A stretch of DNA of 64,000 bases, taken from the NCBI GenBank assembly GCA_037308085.1, contig CP147779.1, positions 1,792,001 to 1,856,000 on the forward strand, read 5' to 3'. The translations under genes and the position numbers were made by a program. How positions within the stretch are numbered: position 1 is the first letter of the stretch; every line of letters begins with the position of its first letter. The DNA is from Promethearchaeati archaeon SRVP18_Atabeyarchaeia-1. Lineage in GTDB: Archaea > Asgardarchaeota > Atabeyarchaeia > Atabeyarchaeales > Atabeyarchaeaceae. Shown in pieces: positions 30,158-40,531 of the stretch. Below the pieces are notes generated by a model. The model saw nothing but the letters and a program-made list of their open reading frames with translations. It was not told where the DNA came from and ran no database searches.

Positions 30158-30640
30158 TTGACCAAAGAGAGCCACTCTGTTGTAGCACAAGGCAATCCTG
30201 GTTTCGAACCAAAGATCATTGCAATAACCTGCAACTTCTGCACCTACGCAGGCGCTGACCTAGCCGGAACGAGCAGAATACAGTATCCTACTAATGTCAG
30301 AATAATCCGCGTAATGTGTAGCGGCAGGGTTGACCCGACCTTCGTCCTAAAAGCGCTACAGGAAGGAGCTGATGGTGTCCTGATAGCTGGATGTCATCCA
30401 GGAGACTGCCACTTCCTTGTTGGAAACGAGAAGGCTCTAAGAAGGTACACGGTGCTTAGCAAGATGCTCAAACAAGTCGGACTAGAACCCGAGAGGGTCA
30501 GGCTTGAGTGGATATCAGCCTCAGAAGGGGAGAAGTTCGCCAAGGTTATCCGCTCCATGGTTCAGGATTTGAGGCGCGTGGGGCCGAACCCCTACAAGAA
30601 CGGCCTGCAAGGTGGAGGAAAGGTGGGCTTAAGCTCGTAG
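30158..30640 (+). CDS. mvhD: Methyl-viologen-reducing hydrogenase delta subunit
   Basis: CNFCTYAGADLAG, MCSGRVD, GCHPGDCH, WISASEG. Confidence 0.95.
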   Translation: MTKESHSVVAQGNPGFEPKIIAITCNFCTYAGADLAGTSRIQYPTNVRIIRVMCSGRVDPTFVLKALQEGADGVLIAGCHPGDCHFLVGNEKALRRYTVLSKMLKQVGLEPERVRLEWISASEGEKFAKVIRSMVQDLRRVGPNPYKNGLQGGGKVGLSS

Positions 30641-30662
30641 TGGATCAGAGGCGAAATGAGAA

Positions 30663-31052
30663 TTGGAGAAGAGACCTTCCACTGTAAAGAACGGTCAAAC
30701 CCCTCAGAACTACGGTTTGAAGATTGACGGTCTGCTTGGAGCCTTCAGGTCGGAGCAGGTAAGATGGCTCATAAGCCGGGAAAAAGAGATCAAGAAGAAC
30801 TCGGGAATTTCTGATGAAGCCTACAGGCAACTGGTAAGTGGGACAGTCAAGCGGGAGGCTGAAAGAAGCACGATCATCATGGAACTGGTGAGAAGCAACG
30901 GGGGAACAATCGGAGAGATAGCTTCTTCAACGAGAATCCCTGAGAAACAAATTCTCAGACACATGATCGCGCTCATGAAGAAGGGCTCTGTGGCAATTGT
31001 GGACGAGAAGGAAGGCCAATATGCGTTCACAGCTGTAGAACCTCCGGAGTAG
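30663..31052 (+). CDS. Hypothetical protein with C-terminal winged HTH, within the mvh operon
   Basis: TIGEIASSTRIPEKQILRHMIALMKKG; tightly coupled between mvhD and mvhG. Confidence 0.7.
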   Translation: MEKRPSTVKNGQTPQNYGLKIDGLLGAFRSEQVRWLISREKEIKKNSGISDEAYRQLVSGTVKREAERSTIIMELVRSNGGTIGEIASSTRIPEKQILRHMIALMKKGSVAIVDEKEGQYAFTAVEPPE

Positions 31053-31053
31053 T

Positions 31054-32040
31054 ATGATCAAGAATGGAGAGGTTGCTCTAATAATGGTTCAAGCCAAAAG
31101 CGTGATATTCGTTCAACTTTCCAGCTGCTGGGGCTGCCACCAATCGCTCATAGACCTATACGAGAAACTTGTGGACATCCTGCCAGCGCTGAACATCAAG
31201 TACTGGCCGGCAGTTGTCGACTTCAAGGAAAAGGATCTCGAAGGGCTCCCCGATAGGGGTATCGACGCTGGCTTCGTAGAGGGCACAACCCGTACAGAAA
31301 ATGATATTCGCCTCCTTAGATTGGCAAGAAGCAAGTCGAAGCTCCTCGTCTCATATGGAACATGCTCCACCTACGGTGGCGTCTACGCATTAGCCAACCT
31401 CTCAACCAGAGACGAACTGCTCAGAAGAAAGTATTACGAAGCGGAGTCTCTGTCCAACAAGGGCGTACCTTCAGACAACCTCCCCGAGATAACCAGCTCC
31501 ATAAAGAGAAATGACGAAAACGTGAGATTCGACCTCTACCTTCCAGGTTGCCCGCCGACAAGTGACAACATAGCAGCCGCAGTCACGGCATTAATCGAGG
31601 GCAAACCAATTAAGGTCTACGAGAAAACCGTCTGCGACGAGTGCGAAAGAAACAAGGAAGAGAAAAAGAGCGTCAAGAGATACAAGAGACGCTTTGAGGG
31701 CAAAACAGATCCCGTGAAGTGTCTTCTCAACGAGGGATACTTGTGCCTAGGGCCAGGAACGCGGGCAGGATGCGGGGCTCAGTGCCCGACAAACGCCAAC
31801 TTGCCATGCGACGGATGCTACGGTCCGCCCCCTGGGGTGACTGATCAGGGTGCAAAGCTACTCAGCGCAATCGCAAGCATCGCGGACATGCCACCAGAAG
31901 AACTTGACAGAGAAATCGCAGATCCCTTGGGTCAATTCTACAGATTCACCTTTGCATATGGTCTCATCAAGAAGTCAGTCAGGACCTACATTGATGAGAA
32001 AAACAAGGGGATCACGAAGAAGAAGACCGAGGAGGGATAG
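31054..32040 (+). CDS. mvhG: F420-non-reducing hydrogenase small subunit
   Basis: SCWGC, YGTCSTYGG, LPGCPP, VCDEC, CLL..GYLCLGP.TRAGCGAQCP...CDGCYGP. Confidence 0.92.
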   Translation: MIKNGEVALIMVQAKSVIFVQLSSCWGCHQSLIDLYEKLVDILPALNIKYWPAVVDFKEKDLEGLPDRGIDAGFVEGTTRTENDIRLLRLARSKSKLLVSYGTCSTYGGVYALANLSTRDELLRRKYYEAESLSNKGVPSDNLPEITSSIKRNDENVRFDLYLPGCPPTSDNIAAAVTALIEGKPIKVYEKTVCDECERNKEEKKSVKRYKRRFEGKTDPVKCLLNEGYLCLGPGTRAGCGAQCPTNANLPCDGCYGPPPGVTDQGAKLLSAIASIADMPPEELDREIADPLGQFYRFTFAYGLIKKSVRTYIDEKNKGITKKKTEEG

Positions 32041-32043
32041 AAC

Positions 32044-33366
32044 ACGACCAGCACCGGCGAGAAGAAGATAGAGATCAAACCTGTCACCAGACTCGAAGGG
32101 CACGGCAACATAACGATAGTGCTTGACAAATCCGGAAAGGTGAAGGATGCCCGCTTTGACACGACAAACGCCAGATTCTTTGAGAAGTTCCTTGAAGGAA
32201 GAAGAGCTGAGGACGCACCAATAATCGCTCCGAGGATCTGTGGCATATGCCCCGAGCCACATCACCTCGCTTCGGTCAAAGCCGTTGAAGCTGCTTGGGA
32301 CATAGATCCGCCCAGGCCAGCGAAGAAGCTGAGAGAGCTGCTAATCAATGGCAAGCAAATCGCGAGTCACGCCCTAAGCTTCTACGCACTCGCGGCGCCA
32401 GATTTCGTTGTTGGACCTTTCGCTGACCCCGCCGTAAGAAATGTCGTGACTGTGATAAACAAGCTTCCCGATGTGGGCAAGAAAGCTTTGGAGCTAATGC
32501 ACATCGGGCAGGAGCTATGCGGAATAGTGGGAGGGAAAGCGATACACCCGATCACGGCAATACCTGGAGGCATGTCGAAACCACTCGAGGAGGACAGAAG
32601 AGACTATCTCATAAAGAGGATTAGTAGAGCACTAGATTTGTCCCAGTTCACGTTGGACCTGGCTAAGCAAATCATCTCAGACTACTGGGATGTGGTTAGT
32701 AAGATAGCTGTCGTAGAAACATACTACGTTGGGCTAACGAACAACGGAGTCCACACCATATACGACGGCAACATTAGGGTAATGGGTCCCAACGGCAAAA
32801 TTGAAACCGACTCTCCTCCAAAACAATACCTAAGTTTTCTGAGCGAACAGATTGTGACCCATAGCTACGTCACGCACGTATTCTACAAGCCGGCTGGGTA
32901 CCCAGCAGGAATATGGAGAGCAGGGCCACTGCCCAGAATAAACGTCGTTGACAGGATGGCGACTCCACTCGCGCAGGCTGCACTCACAGAACTCAGGGAA
33001 AAGGTTGGAAGACCCTGCCACGCAACCTTTGCCTATCACTGGGCGAGAATGATAGAGCTTGTTGCTGCAGCTGAGAGAGCGAAGGAACTCCTTGAAGACA
33101 AGGAGATAGTCGACCCCGACGTGAAGAATGAGGTCGTAAGAACCAAGGAAGGAAACGGCGTGGGGGCAGTCGAGGCTCCGAGAGGAACTCTTATACACAA
33201 CTACTGGACAGACAGGGAAGGAATTATCACAAAAGCAAATTTAATTGTGGCAACGAATAACAACGCCGGGGCAATAGACAAGTCCCTGAAGGTAGCATCA
33301 AAACAGATATTCGAGGACAAGGCATATCTCACACTCAAACTTCCCAAACCAATGATACGTGACTAG
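32044..33366 (+). CDS. mvhA: Group 3c [NiFe] hydrogenase large subunit, VhuA-type (no C-terminal DPCxxC)
   Basis: PVTRLEGH (32080-32103, upstream of the track start), L1 RICGIC, EAPRGTLIH; start inferred at ACG 32044. Confidence 0.88.
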   Translation, partial: TTSTGEKKIEIKPVTRLEGHGNITIVLDKSGKVKDARFDTTNARFFEKFLEGRRAEDAPIIAPRICGICPEPHHLASVKAVEAAWDIDPPRPAKKLRELLINGKQIASHALSFYALAAPDFVVGPFADPAVRNVVTVINKLPDVGKKALELMHIGQELCGIVGGKAIHPITAIPGGMSKPLEEDRRDYLIKRISRALDLSQFTLDLAKQIISDYWDVVSKIAVVETYYVGLTNNGVHTIYDGNIRVMGPNGKIETDSPPKQYLSFLSEQIVTHSYVTHVFYKPAGYPAGIWRAGPLPRINVVDRMATPLAQAALTELREKVGRPCHATFAYHWARMIELVAAAERAKELLEDKEIVDPDVKNEVVRTKEGNGVGAVEAPRGTLIHNYWTDREGIITKANLIVATNNNAGAIDKSLKVASKQIFEDKAYLTLKLPKPMIRD

Positions 33367-33550
33367 CGCTGACACGTTACCGAAGCATCTCAAGGACTAC
33401 CAGCAAACTAGGCATTTGCTGAGTATCGCTTGGCATGCCCGTGATCCGATGGAAAGACAATAGAAGCAGATTGGAAGACCTGAGATCACAATTTGCCAGC
33501 GGAATAGACGAACCCGCGGAAAAGGAAAGGGAGAGCTTCTCGAAAAAGGC

Positions 33551-34240
33551 TCAGCGATGGAGGATCTCTAGCATTCTAACCGCGTTCTCTCTCATGTTGG
33601 TGTCGTTGTTGAAGAATACATGGACTCTCTTCGGTTTCTTCGCGCGAATCTTGCCGGCGATTTCTTCTAGCTCCCTGTCGGAGTAGTTGTGTGAGTACCA
33701 AGAGCGTCGCCCGTGGATTCTCTCATAAACTGATCCGCTCGTGTTGTAGACCTCGAGCGGGAAGTCCGGGCTGTCGATGCTTACCCATGTGAGCCCAAGC
33801 TTTGTCGCCCAATCTATCCACCTTTCACTAAACCAATTGATATTCCTGACTTCCAGGGCGAATCTCTCGGCAAGCTTGGTCTTCTTTACGAATTCCTCAA
33901 GCTTTGGCGCGATGGAGGGCTTCATTGACGGCGGAATCTGAAACAAGTAGAAGTCTATATTCACATCCATAGGACTAAAGAGATCGGCGAATTTCTGCCA
34001 TGAAGAGAAACCCTTGTCGCTGAATTTGAATAGGTGAGTGATAAAACGGCTTGCTTTTATCGCCCATCGCAGCTTCGCACCCTTTGTCGCCCAGGACTTC
34101 ACTTGGCTTGGAAAAGGGAACCTATAGTAGCTCATGTTCAGCTCCACAGAATTCAAGCCGGAGTTCTCAATATACCAGTCGAGGTTGTTGCCACGATTCC
34201 AGGAATACATCCAGCCCGAGGTTCCCACGAATACCTTCAT
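33551..34240 (-). CDS. DUF72 domain protein
   Basis: VGTSGWMY, SVELNMSYY, LFQIPPS, ALEVRN, YERIHG, VFFNN. Confidence 0.9.
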   Translation of the reverse strand: MKVFVGTSGWMYSWNRGNNLDWYIENSGLNSVELNMSYYRFPFPSQVKSWATKGAKLRWAIKASRFITHLFKFSDKGFSSWQKFADLFSPMDVNIDFYLFQIPPSMKPSIAPKLEEFVKKTKLAERFALEVRNINWFSERWIDWATKLGLTWVSIDSPDFPLEVYNTSGSVYERIHGRRSWYSHNYSDRELEEIAGKIRAKKPKRVHVFFNNDTNMRENAVRMLEILHR

Positions 34241-34517
34241 TGACAGGCGCCTCCCTTCCTGAACTATCTCTCCTTGGCTCGGCGCACGCTAATTAAAGTT
34301 CTCTTTGTGTGAGGATTGCTCAAAGCACAGGCCCCGTGCAGCCAAACATGTGGGAAGTCATGGTGAGGAAGAGGTGAAGAAGGAGAAGCTTAATCATCCA
34401 GCAACTCTGGCTTTGGGAGGGTCCGGAAGCACGTCGAGTACCTGCCCAGGAGAGATAGCAGGCGACCGATGCCTCACTCGGTCTTGTTCTCTGTTACCAA
34501 CAATGAATCATACAGAG

Positions 34518-35111
34518 CTAACCACCTGTGCCAACGGCGAGGCATAGCGACCCTAAGATCCCAGCGGGGACCAGCACATAGTACTCGTAGAGGGAAAAGA
34601 ACAGGGAGATTCCTAGGATTCCCCCGATGACGTACAGTATTCCGATGAAAAACCAAAGAGGGCGCCGGGAGCGACGCCTGCGCTGCGCGATGAAGAATCC
34701 GCCAATCGACAACATAACGACTCCCAAGATTGTATCGTCGAGAACGCTAAGAAATATGCCGGCGATTGTCGGCAAATAGAAGTATTGAGAGAAATAGACA
34801 TAGGTGTAGCCTGGAGCATACTGGATTCCGAGGGGCGCCAGACCATAGTCTATCATGCCCAAGATCGCAGCGGCTATGCCAAAAAGGGACCCGATTACTG
34901 CTGCAGAATCAAAAGTGAAATCGCGGTAATTGTCTATTGTGGCGACCACAGTCAGAGAGGATGCGACCAGGAGGATTGCGTAATTGATGACTCCGTACCG
35001 GGCGAAGTCCATGAAGCCCAATGTGACATAGCTCGCGGCGATCGAGACAATCGCGAAGCATGAAAGCAGTAGCTGACCGATTATGCCGATGCCAATCTCA
35101 ATATCAAACAT
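34518..35111 (-). CDS. Hypothetical multi-pass membrane protein
   Basis: About 6 hydrophobic helices; no recognisable motif. Confidence 0.6.
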   Translation of the reverse strand: MFDIEIGIGIIGQLLLSCFAIVSIAASYVTLGFMDFARYGVINYAILLVASSLTVVATIDNYRDFTFDSAAVIGSLFGIAAAILGMIDYGLAPLGIQYAPGYTYVYFSQYFYLPTIAGIFLSVLDDTILGVVMLSIGGFFIAQRRRRSRRPLWFFIGILYVIGGILGISLFFSLYEYYVLVPAGILGSLCLAVGTGG

Positions 35112-35492
35112 TCCCGATGTTGCCCCTCTGCTATTTTGGAACCGATCCTAAGAGTCGACCTGCAGACCCCTGTCTGCAAACTTCGCCAATCTCGTTGTAG
35201 ATGAAAACACCCACGTTATATAAATCTGACGCTCCTTGCCACGTCGATCTGAGTACGTTTTGTGCGTTGACCTTTCTAGGAGGCGATGTCTTATCCAGGT
35301 TCTTCGCAAAAGTTTAAGAGTCTGTTGAACCTCGGGGATAGCATCTCGCCCTGGGCTATACGAACTCTTCTTCTAGCTATTCAACGGATATGAGTCGGGC
35401 TCACAGAATAGAAAGCATCACAACAAGAAGACGATGACGCCAGTTCCATATTTCCATGCAAACAATGAAACCAAAGGAGCTTGTCGTGACCT

Positions 35493-36623
35493 GTGCGGAG
35501 ACCACCTGCAATTCAGACACTATCACAGATCGCGACGGGGGCCTCGATTATCTTCATTCCGAACCTCTCAGAAGACCTAGGCGCAGACAATACAATTGTT
35601 GGGGTCATCGGTGCTATTTATGCTCTAGCCCTTTTCGTCTCGTCTTATATCTTTGGAAGAGAGTCAGACGTTCACGATCGGAGGATATTCATCAAAATAG
35701 GTCTTGGGCTCTCGATCATCACATTTCTGTTGCAGGCGCTTTCAGATCCCATCTTTTTTGCTCCGCTTCTGATCCATCCGTGGTTGCTTGCGCTTATACG
35801 TTTCTTGACAGGCTTCACGGCAGGAATGGTGCCCGCAGCCTTGACGGCGTACGTTTACGACTCAAAGGGTCAAATGGGGAGATTCTCTGCGTACGGATCA
35901 CTAGGATCCGGGCTGGGATCGCTGCTGGCCGGTTTCATAGCAATATACTGGGGCATCTTTGTTCTCAGTTCACTCTGCTTTGCGGTCGCCTTCGCGATTT
36001 CACTCACTTTGCCAGGATCTAGTAATGTATCCTTGAAGGTCTCGTTCTTCCCGACCGCTCTCATGAAAAGAAACTGGTATGTATACGCATCATTCTTCCT
36101 AAGGAATTTCGGGGCCAATGCCATATGGGCTGTGTATCCTCTTTTCATAGCCCAACTGGGGGGTGACAAGTTCTGGACGGGGATAATTCTCACCACAAAC
36201 TGGCTGGCCCAGTTCGTAATCATGTCCGTTCTCGACCGGTTTAACAGCAGAAAGTTGCTCGGTGCCGGTCTACTACTATCTGCAGCTGCTTTCGTTGCAT
36301 TCACCTTCGCCCAGAACTTCTATCAGTTGATTCCCATGCAACTGCTACTTGCCTCTGCATGGTCAACTCTCTACGTCGGTGCGCTGGTCTTCCTAATCGA
36401 GCACAATGTCGAAAAAGCCACGTGTTCGGGTATACTCAACTCAACGTCAAATCTCTCCGTCGTGTTCGGAAGCTTGCTGGGAGGAATCGTCTCACAGTTC
36501 TTTGGTTATGTCACAACCATGTACACAGCGGCTGCCGTAACTCTCATAGGATACGTGCTCTTCAGAATCGGAGTCAGAAGTACCATTAGAGAAAGTCCTT
36601 CCGAAGGTGCTCGGAAACGCTAA
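35493..36623 (+). CDS. MFS transporter
   Basis: FGRESDVHDRR motif-A variant, 2x6 TM organisation. Confidence 0.85.
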   Translation: MRRPPAIQTLSQIATGASIIFIPNLSEDLGADNTIVGVIGAIYALALFVSSYIFGRESDVHDRRIFIKIGLGLSIITFLLQALSDPIFFAPLLIHPWLLALIRFLTGFTAGMVPAALTAYVYDSKGQMGRFSAYGSLGSGLGSLLAGFIAIYWGIFVLSSLCFAVAFAISLTLPGSSNVSLKVSFFPTALMKRNWYVYASFFLRNFGANAIWAVYPLFIAQLGGDKFWTGIILTTNWLAQFVIMSVLDRFNSRKLLGAGLLLSAAAFVAFTFAQNFYQLIPMQLLLASAWSTLYVGALVFLIEHNVEKATCSGILNSTSNLSVVFGSLLGGIVSQFFGYVTTMYTAAAVTLIGYVLFRIGVRSTIRESPSEGARKR

Positions 36624-36786
36624 CTTGTAGCGGAAACCTTTGTGCTTTGAATGCATCACTCTAGCTATTTGGCCCTGTTCGGTAGGTCGGCTTGGAGTGC
36701 AATTTGCAGTGCAAGTCAACCTTTGAAGAAGTAATCATGAAAACCGTTGATGGTCATCAGATTTACAGGCATCCATGAAACCAAGG

Positions 36787-37911
36787 CTAGTGGATTCTGG
36801 ACAACTTGACTTTCTGCTCCATCTCGGCCTGAGTCTTGACTGGGACTACGTCCCTGACTTTCTCCAGAGTAATAGCTTCGCTCGGGCAGTTCGAGGCACA
36901 AACGCCGCAACCTATGCAGAGATCCTCCCTGAGCACTATCTTGTTGTCCGACAGGTCATCTGCATGTGGCCAATGGTGGTACCTTGCCTCCATCGGGCAG
37001 ATTTTCACGCATTCCTCGCACTTGGTGCAGAGGTCATCGTTGGTCCTTGGAAGAAAGTTAGCTTTTGTTATGGCGCCGTAATTTCTCTGTTCCTTCACTG
37101 ATTTGAGGAAGCCGCAGCAGCATGGGCAGCAGTTGCAGATGAAGGTTGACGTCTCTTGTGCATTCATGGTCTCATGGACCAATCCCGCCTTTTCAGCTTT
37201 CTTCATGATCTCGAGCAGTTCATCCCGCTCCACTTTTCGACCAACTCCCTGCGATAGAACGTGCATCGCCAGTACCCCCGTAGTGACGCAGAAGTTCTCA
37301 TCGGTTCTCTTGCATGGTTCTCCAGCGTGCTTTGCAGCGTTACGGCAACTGCATGGGACTACGGCGAACAAGGTGGCTTTCGCGAGATATTGCTTCATGA
37401 CCTCGTACGGGAGAACTTGGTGCTCCACGGCGACCGACTTGTTGAGATCAACTATCTTCTCAGTAGGATCCGCGGCGGGTATAACGCGGTATATCGGATA
37501 TTGACCTGCGCTTAACTCAAACGGATGCCCAGAGTGGAACAGTTCCTTAAATGCCTTTGCCGCCTTCTGCATTCTTTCTGGACTATCCCTATTGTGGGTG
37601 AAGTACACCTCGAAGAGTCCAGGTATGAAAGGCAGCAACGCGTAGCTGCTTCCTATCTTGATCATCTTGCCTTTGTAGACCATATCGTTCAGCATCTTCG
37701 TCAGCTTTTCTTTGGGCACGCGCGTCAATTCAGATATTCTCTCTGCTGGTAGGGGTTGGCTAGGCTTTTCGAAGACAGTCACAAGCTTCACTTCTTCCTG
37801 ATCGAAGATGCCACCTAGCATCTCGAATGTTGCTTTGAATTTTGGCAACTTGACTGCGGTTCCTCTGTTCATTATCTGGCGCAATCTCTCATAATCATCT
37901 TCATTTCCCAT
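36787..37911 (-). CDS. 4Fe-4S binding protein (same family as 11180..11836, with an extra N-terminal HTH-like domain)
   Basis: PCSCR..C..C, ICNCCPCCC, two ferredoxin motifs. Confidence 0.88.
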   Translation of the reverse strand: MGNEDDYERLRQIMNRGTAVKLPKFKATFEMLGGIFDQEEVKLVTVFEKPSQPLPAERISELTRVPKEKLTKMLNDMVYKGKMIKIGSSYALLPFIPGLFEVYFTHNRDSPERMQKAAKAFKELFHSGHPFELSAGQYPIYRVIPAADPTEKIVDLNKSVAVEHQVLPYEVMKQYLAKATLFAVVPCSCRNAAKHAGEPCKRTDENFCVTTGVLAMHVLSQGVGRKVERDELLEIMKKAEKAGLVHETMNAQETSTFICNCCPCCCGFLKSVKEQRNYGAITKANFLPRTNDDLCTKCEECVKICPMEARYHHWPHADDLSDNKIVLREDLCIGCGVCASNCPSEAITLEKVRDVVPVKTQAEMEQKVKLSRIH

Positions 37912-38133
37912 GGAAGATTCTCCCCAAGAATTCTTTCAGTGGACTGCTATCACTGGATTACTCTTGCAATATAAGGATACTAGATTATGGACCGGCAACT
38001 TGCTTCCCTTGTCTTATACTGGGCTACCATGGGATCTCTTCCAGACACAGCCAGTAACAGGTTTAGGCTTCGTTAATGATATTAGGTGGGAACTCCTAGG
38101 GTTAGCAGAGCCTTAATTACTTGGGAGAGAAGA

Positions 38134-38346
38134 ATGGTCGCTGGATTAGAACCAGAAGAAGCCTTGCATTGCAAGGACTGTCCAAGATGGTACGGTGCAG
38201 AGGATGATGAAATTGGACCATGCTCTATAAAGCACGCTAGAGGAGACAAGAAGTACCTGACGCATGGGCATCATGAATGTGATGAACCAGAGCAGATGAA
38301 GTGGTTCGAGGAACAGAAGCGCAAGCACAAGAAGAAGGTTTCCTGA
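38134..38346 (+). CDS. Small Cys/His-rich hypothetical protein
   Basis: HCKDC..W..GPC..H..HGHHEC; ATG at 38134 after a purine-rich RBS. Confidence 0.55.
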   Translation: MVAGLEPEEALHCKDCPRWYGAEDDEIGPCSIKHARGDKKYLTHGHHECDEPEQMKWFEEQKRKHKKKVS

Positions 38347-38448
38347 GCAGCGACTTCAACAACCCCCGTCCTGGTGCGAGGCGGAAACTGCTCGCTTTCA
38401 AACTGTTCCGAAGATCATTGGAAGTAAACTCATGAGCCAATCAAGTCT

Positions 38449-39375
38449 TTGAAGCTGAGAATTGGAGTTGCCATAACTTTGGAGTTCTCTATTAGGACAT
38501 TCACGCTCGAAGATGTTGACTTCGCTGTGCGCGTATCGAGCAAGGAGAAGTGGGGGTACTCCAAGGAAGACTTTACGCTAATGTTTCTAATGGGGGTTGG
38601 AGATCACTATGTCGCGCAAGAGCAAGAGAGCGGAAGACGCGTTGGAATGCTATCAACCTATGTCTATGGAGGCAAACTCGCGTGGATCGGGAACGTAGTA
38701 GTCTCACAAGAGTCTAGGCATATGGGAGTCGCAACGATGCTCCTCAAACACGCATTAAGATCCTTGAGGAAGGGAGGAGTCAAGACCGTAAGACTCTACA
38801 GCTACATGAATGCAGAATCACTATATGAGAAGCTGGGATTCGCCCGCGAAGGGATTGTGGGTGTATTCTCAAAGGCTTCTAAGAGGAGGAAGATTGAAGC
38901 AGAGGAAGCCCTGCCACCGAGCCATGGTGATCTTCTGTCTCCAAATCAAATCGACCTACAACATCTTTACGAATACGACACCAATTGCTTCGGCTCAGAT
39001 CGCCAGAAAGTGCTCGCCGCCATGATCCGCACCGAGGGTATGGTATGCCTTGCAAAAGCTAGCGACAGAAATAGAAAGAGGATCATAGGTTACATCATGG
39101 CGTCTGCGGGAAAGAGAGAGAGCGAAGTAGGCCCCTTTGTCTGCGACCCAGAACGAAGAGACGCACTTGAAGAGCTCCTTAAAGCGGTCATAGACAGATT
39201 CGGGGAAAAACGGGTCACAGTGGCCGAACCTCTCGAAAACACAACAGGCACAGAGATCATGGAGAAACTCAGCTTTACCAAAACGATGGAGGTAGTAAAG
39301 ATGCGAAAGGGAAGAGACTTGTACAATGGAAGGCCAGAATGGATATTTGCTGTCGGAGGATTAGAGAAGGGATAG
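38449..39375 (+). CDS. GNAT family N-acetyltransferase (tandem GNAT)
   Basis: WIGNVVV...RHMGVAT, LYEKLGF; second GNAT-like domain. Confidence 0.85.
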   Translation: MKLRIGVAITLEFSIRTFTLEDVDFAVRVSSKEKWGYSKEDFTLMFLMGVGDHYVAQEQESGRRVGMLSTYVYGGKLAWIGNVVVSQESRHMGVATMLLKHALRSLRKGGVKTVRLYSYMNAESLYEKLGFAREGIVGVFSKASKRRKIEAEEALPPSHGDLLSPNQIDLQHLYEYDTNCFGSDRQKVLAAMIRTEGMVCLAKASDRNRKRIIGYIMASAGKRESEVGPFVCDPERRDALEELLKAVIDRFGEKRVTVAEPLENTTGTEIMEKLSFTKTMEVVKMRKGRDLYNGRPEWIFAVGGLEKG

Positions 39376-39443
39376 AGCGACAACCATTCTCAGTCCTATT
39401 GACGAAATCATGGTGATCCGACCAGCGAGAACCCTAGTGGGGA

Positions 39444-40400
39444 GTGTTCCTTGTGGACATCGTGGCACTTGGAGAATGCATGATCGAGTTTTTCTGCAAT
39501 GGATCAATTTCCGAGGCCAGGACTTTCGAAGCCTCGGCCGCGGGAGACACCTTAAACACGATAGTCGCAGCCTCACGCCTCGGGAGCAGGTGCGGATTCA
39601 TCACTAAAGTTGGAGGAGACGCGTTCGGAGATTTCCTGATCAATAGATGGAAATCAGAGAACATCGACACCTCTCATGCCGCTGTACGAACAGACGGGTT
39701 CAACGGAATATACTTCATATCCCTCCAGCCCAACGGACAGAGAGAATTCATATACTATAGGAAGGGAAGCGCTGCGTCCACCATCACGCCGCAGGACTTG
39801 GATCCTGCGTACATAGGATCGGCCAAGATTCTGCACACCAGCGGCATCTCCCAAGCAATATCCGAGACGTCCCTCGCGACAGTCGAGGAAGCGATCCACA
39901 TCGCTAGGAAACGCAACGTGAAGGTTTCATTCGATCCAAACTACCGACCTAAACTCTGGAGTAAGGAGAACGCCTTGAAGGCCTACGAAGCAATCCTTCC
40001 CCAAGTCGACATCGCGTTCCCAGATGAGACGTATGGCGCGCTCATCAATGAAGCGAAGCCGAGGGAGATACTCAAGTACTTCGCCAAATTCGAGATACCG
40101 ATAATTGCTCTAAAGCTGGGAGAGAAAGGCACGTTCGTGCAGGGACTAGAAAAGGAAGCGAAGAGCTGCGGGGTGTTGAACGTCGGCGTGAAGGATACAA
40201 CCGGGGCGGGAGATGCATTCAACGGCGGATTTCTTCACGCTGTCTGTGAGGGTCTTTCCTTGGAGGATGCAGCCATTCTCGGCACAATAACGGCTGGGCT
40301 CAAGGTTACGGGTAGAGGAGCCGTTGGATCTCTTCCACACAGAGGAGACGTATATCGACTTCTAAAAGCGGTGAAGTCTGGGAAGAAGCGCTTAGTTTAG
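39444..40400 (+). CDS. PfkB family sugar kinase (KdgK-like)
   Basis: GECMIE, AGDTLN, YYRKGSAAS, FDPNYRPKLW, DTTGAGDAFNGG. Confidence 0.9.
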   Translation: MFLVDIVALGECMIEFFCNGSISEARTFEASAAGDTLNTIVAASRLGSRCGFITKVGGDAFGDFLINRWKSENIDTSHAAVRTDGFNGIYFISLQPNGQREFIYYRKGSAASTITPQDLDPAYIGSAKILHTSGISQAISETSLATVEEAIHIARKRNVKVSFDPNYRPKLWSKENALKAYEAILPQVDIAFPDETYGALINEAKPREILKYFAKFEIPIIALKLGEKGTFVQGLEKEAKSCGVLNVGVKDTTGAGDAFNGGFLHAVCEGLSLEDAAILGTITAGLKVTGRGAVGSLPHRGDVYRLLKAVKSGKKRLV

Positions 40401-40531
40401 CGCTAATACTGGAGATAGATGTTTCAAATCCAATAATGCTAAAGTTTAGAAGCGATTGCATCAGATGTAAACCCTTATAAGCCCAAATTATTAATACTAC
40501 TAGAAAGATATGATAACTAGGTGAATAAGAA

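Noticed and set aside
26730-30640. Selenocysteine codons in HdrA/MvhD
   Set aside because: These ORFs are uninterrupted and have Cys at the relevant motifs; no in-frame TGA
33435-33686. ORF after mvhA as a possible VhuU
   Set aside because: No DPCxxC/DPUxxC motif, and it overlaps the DUF72 gene antisense
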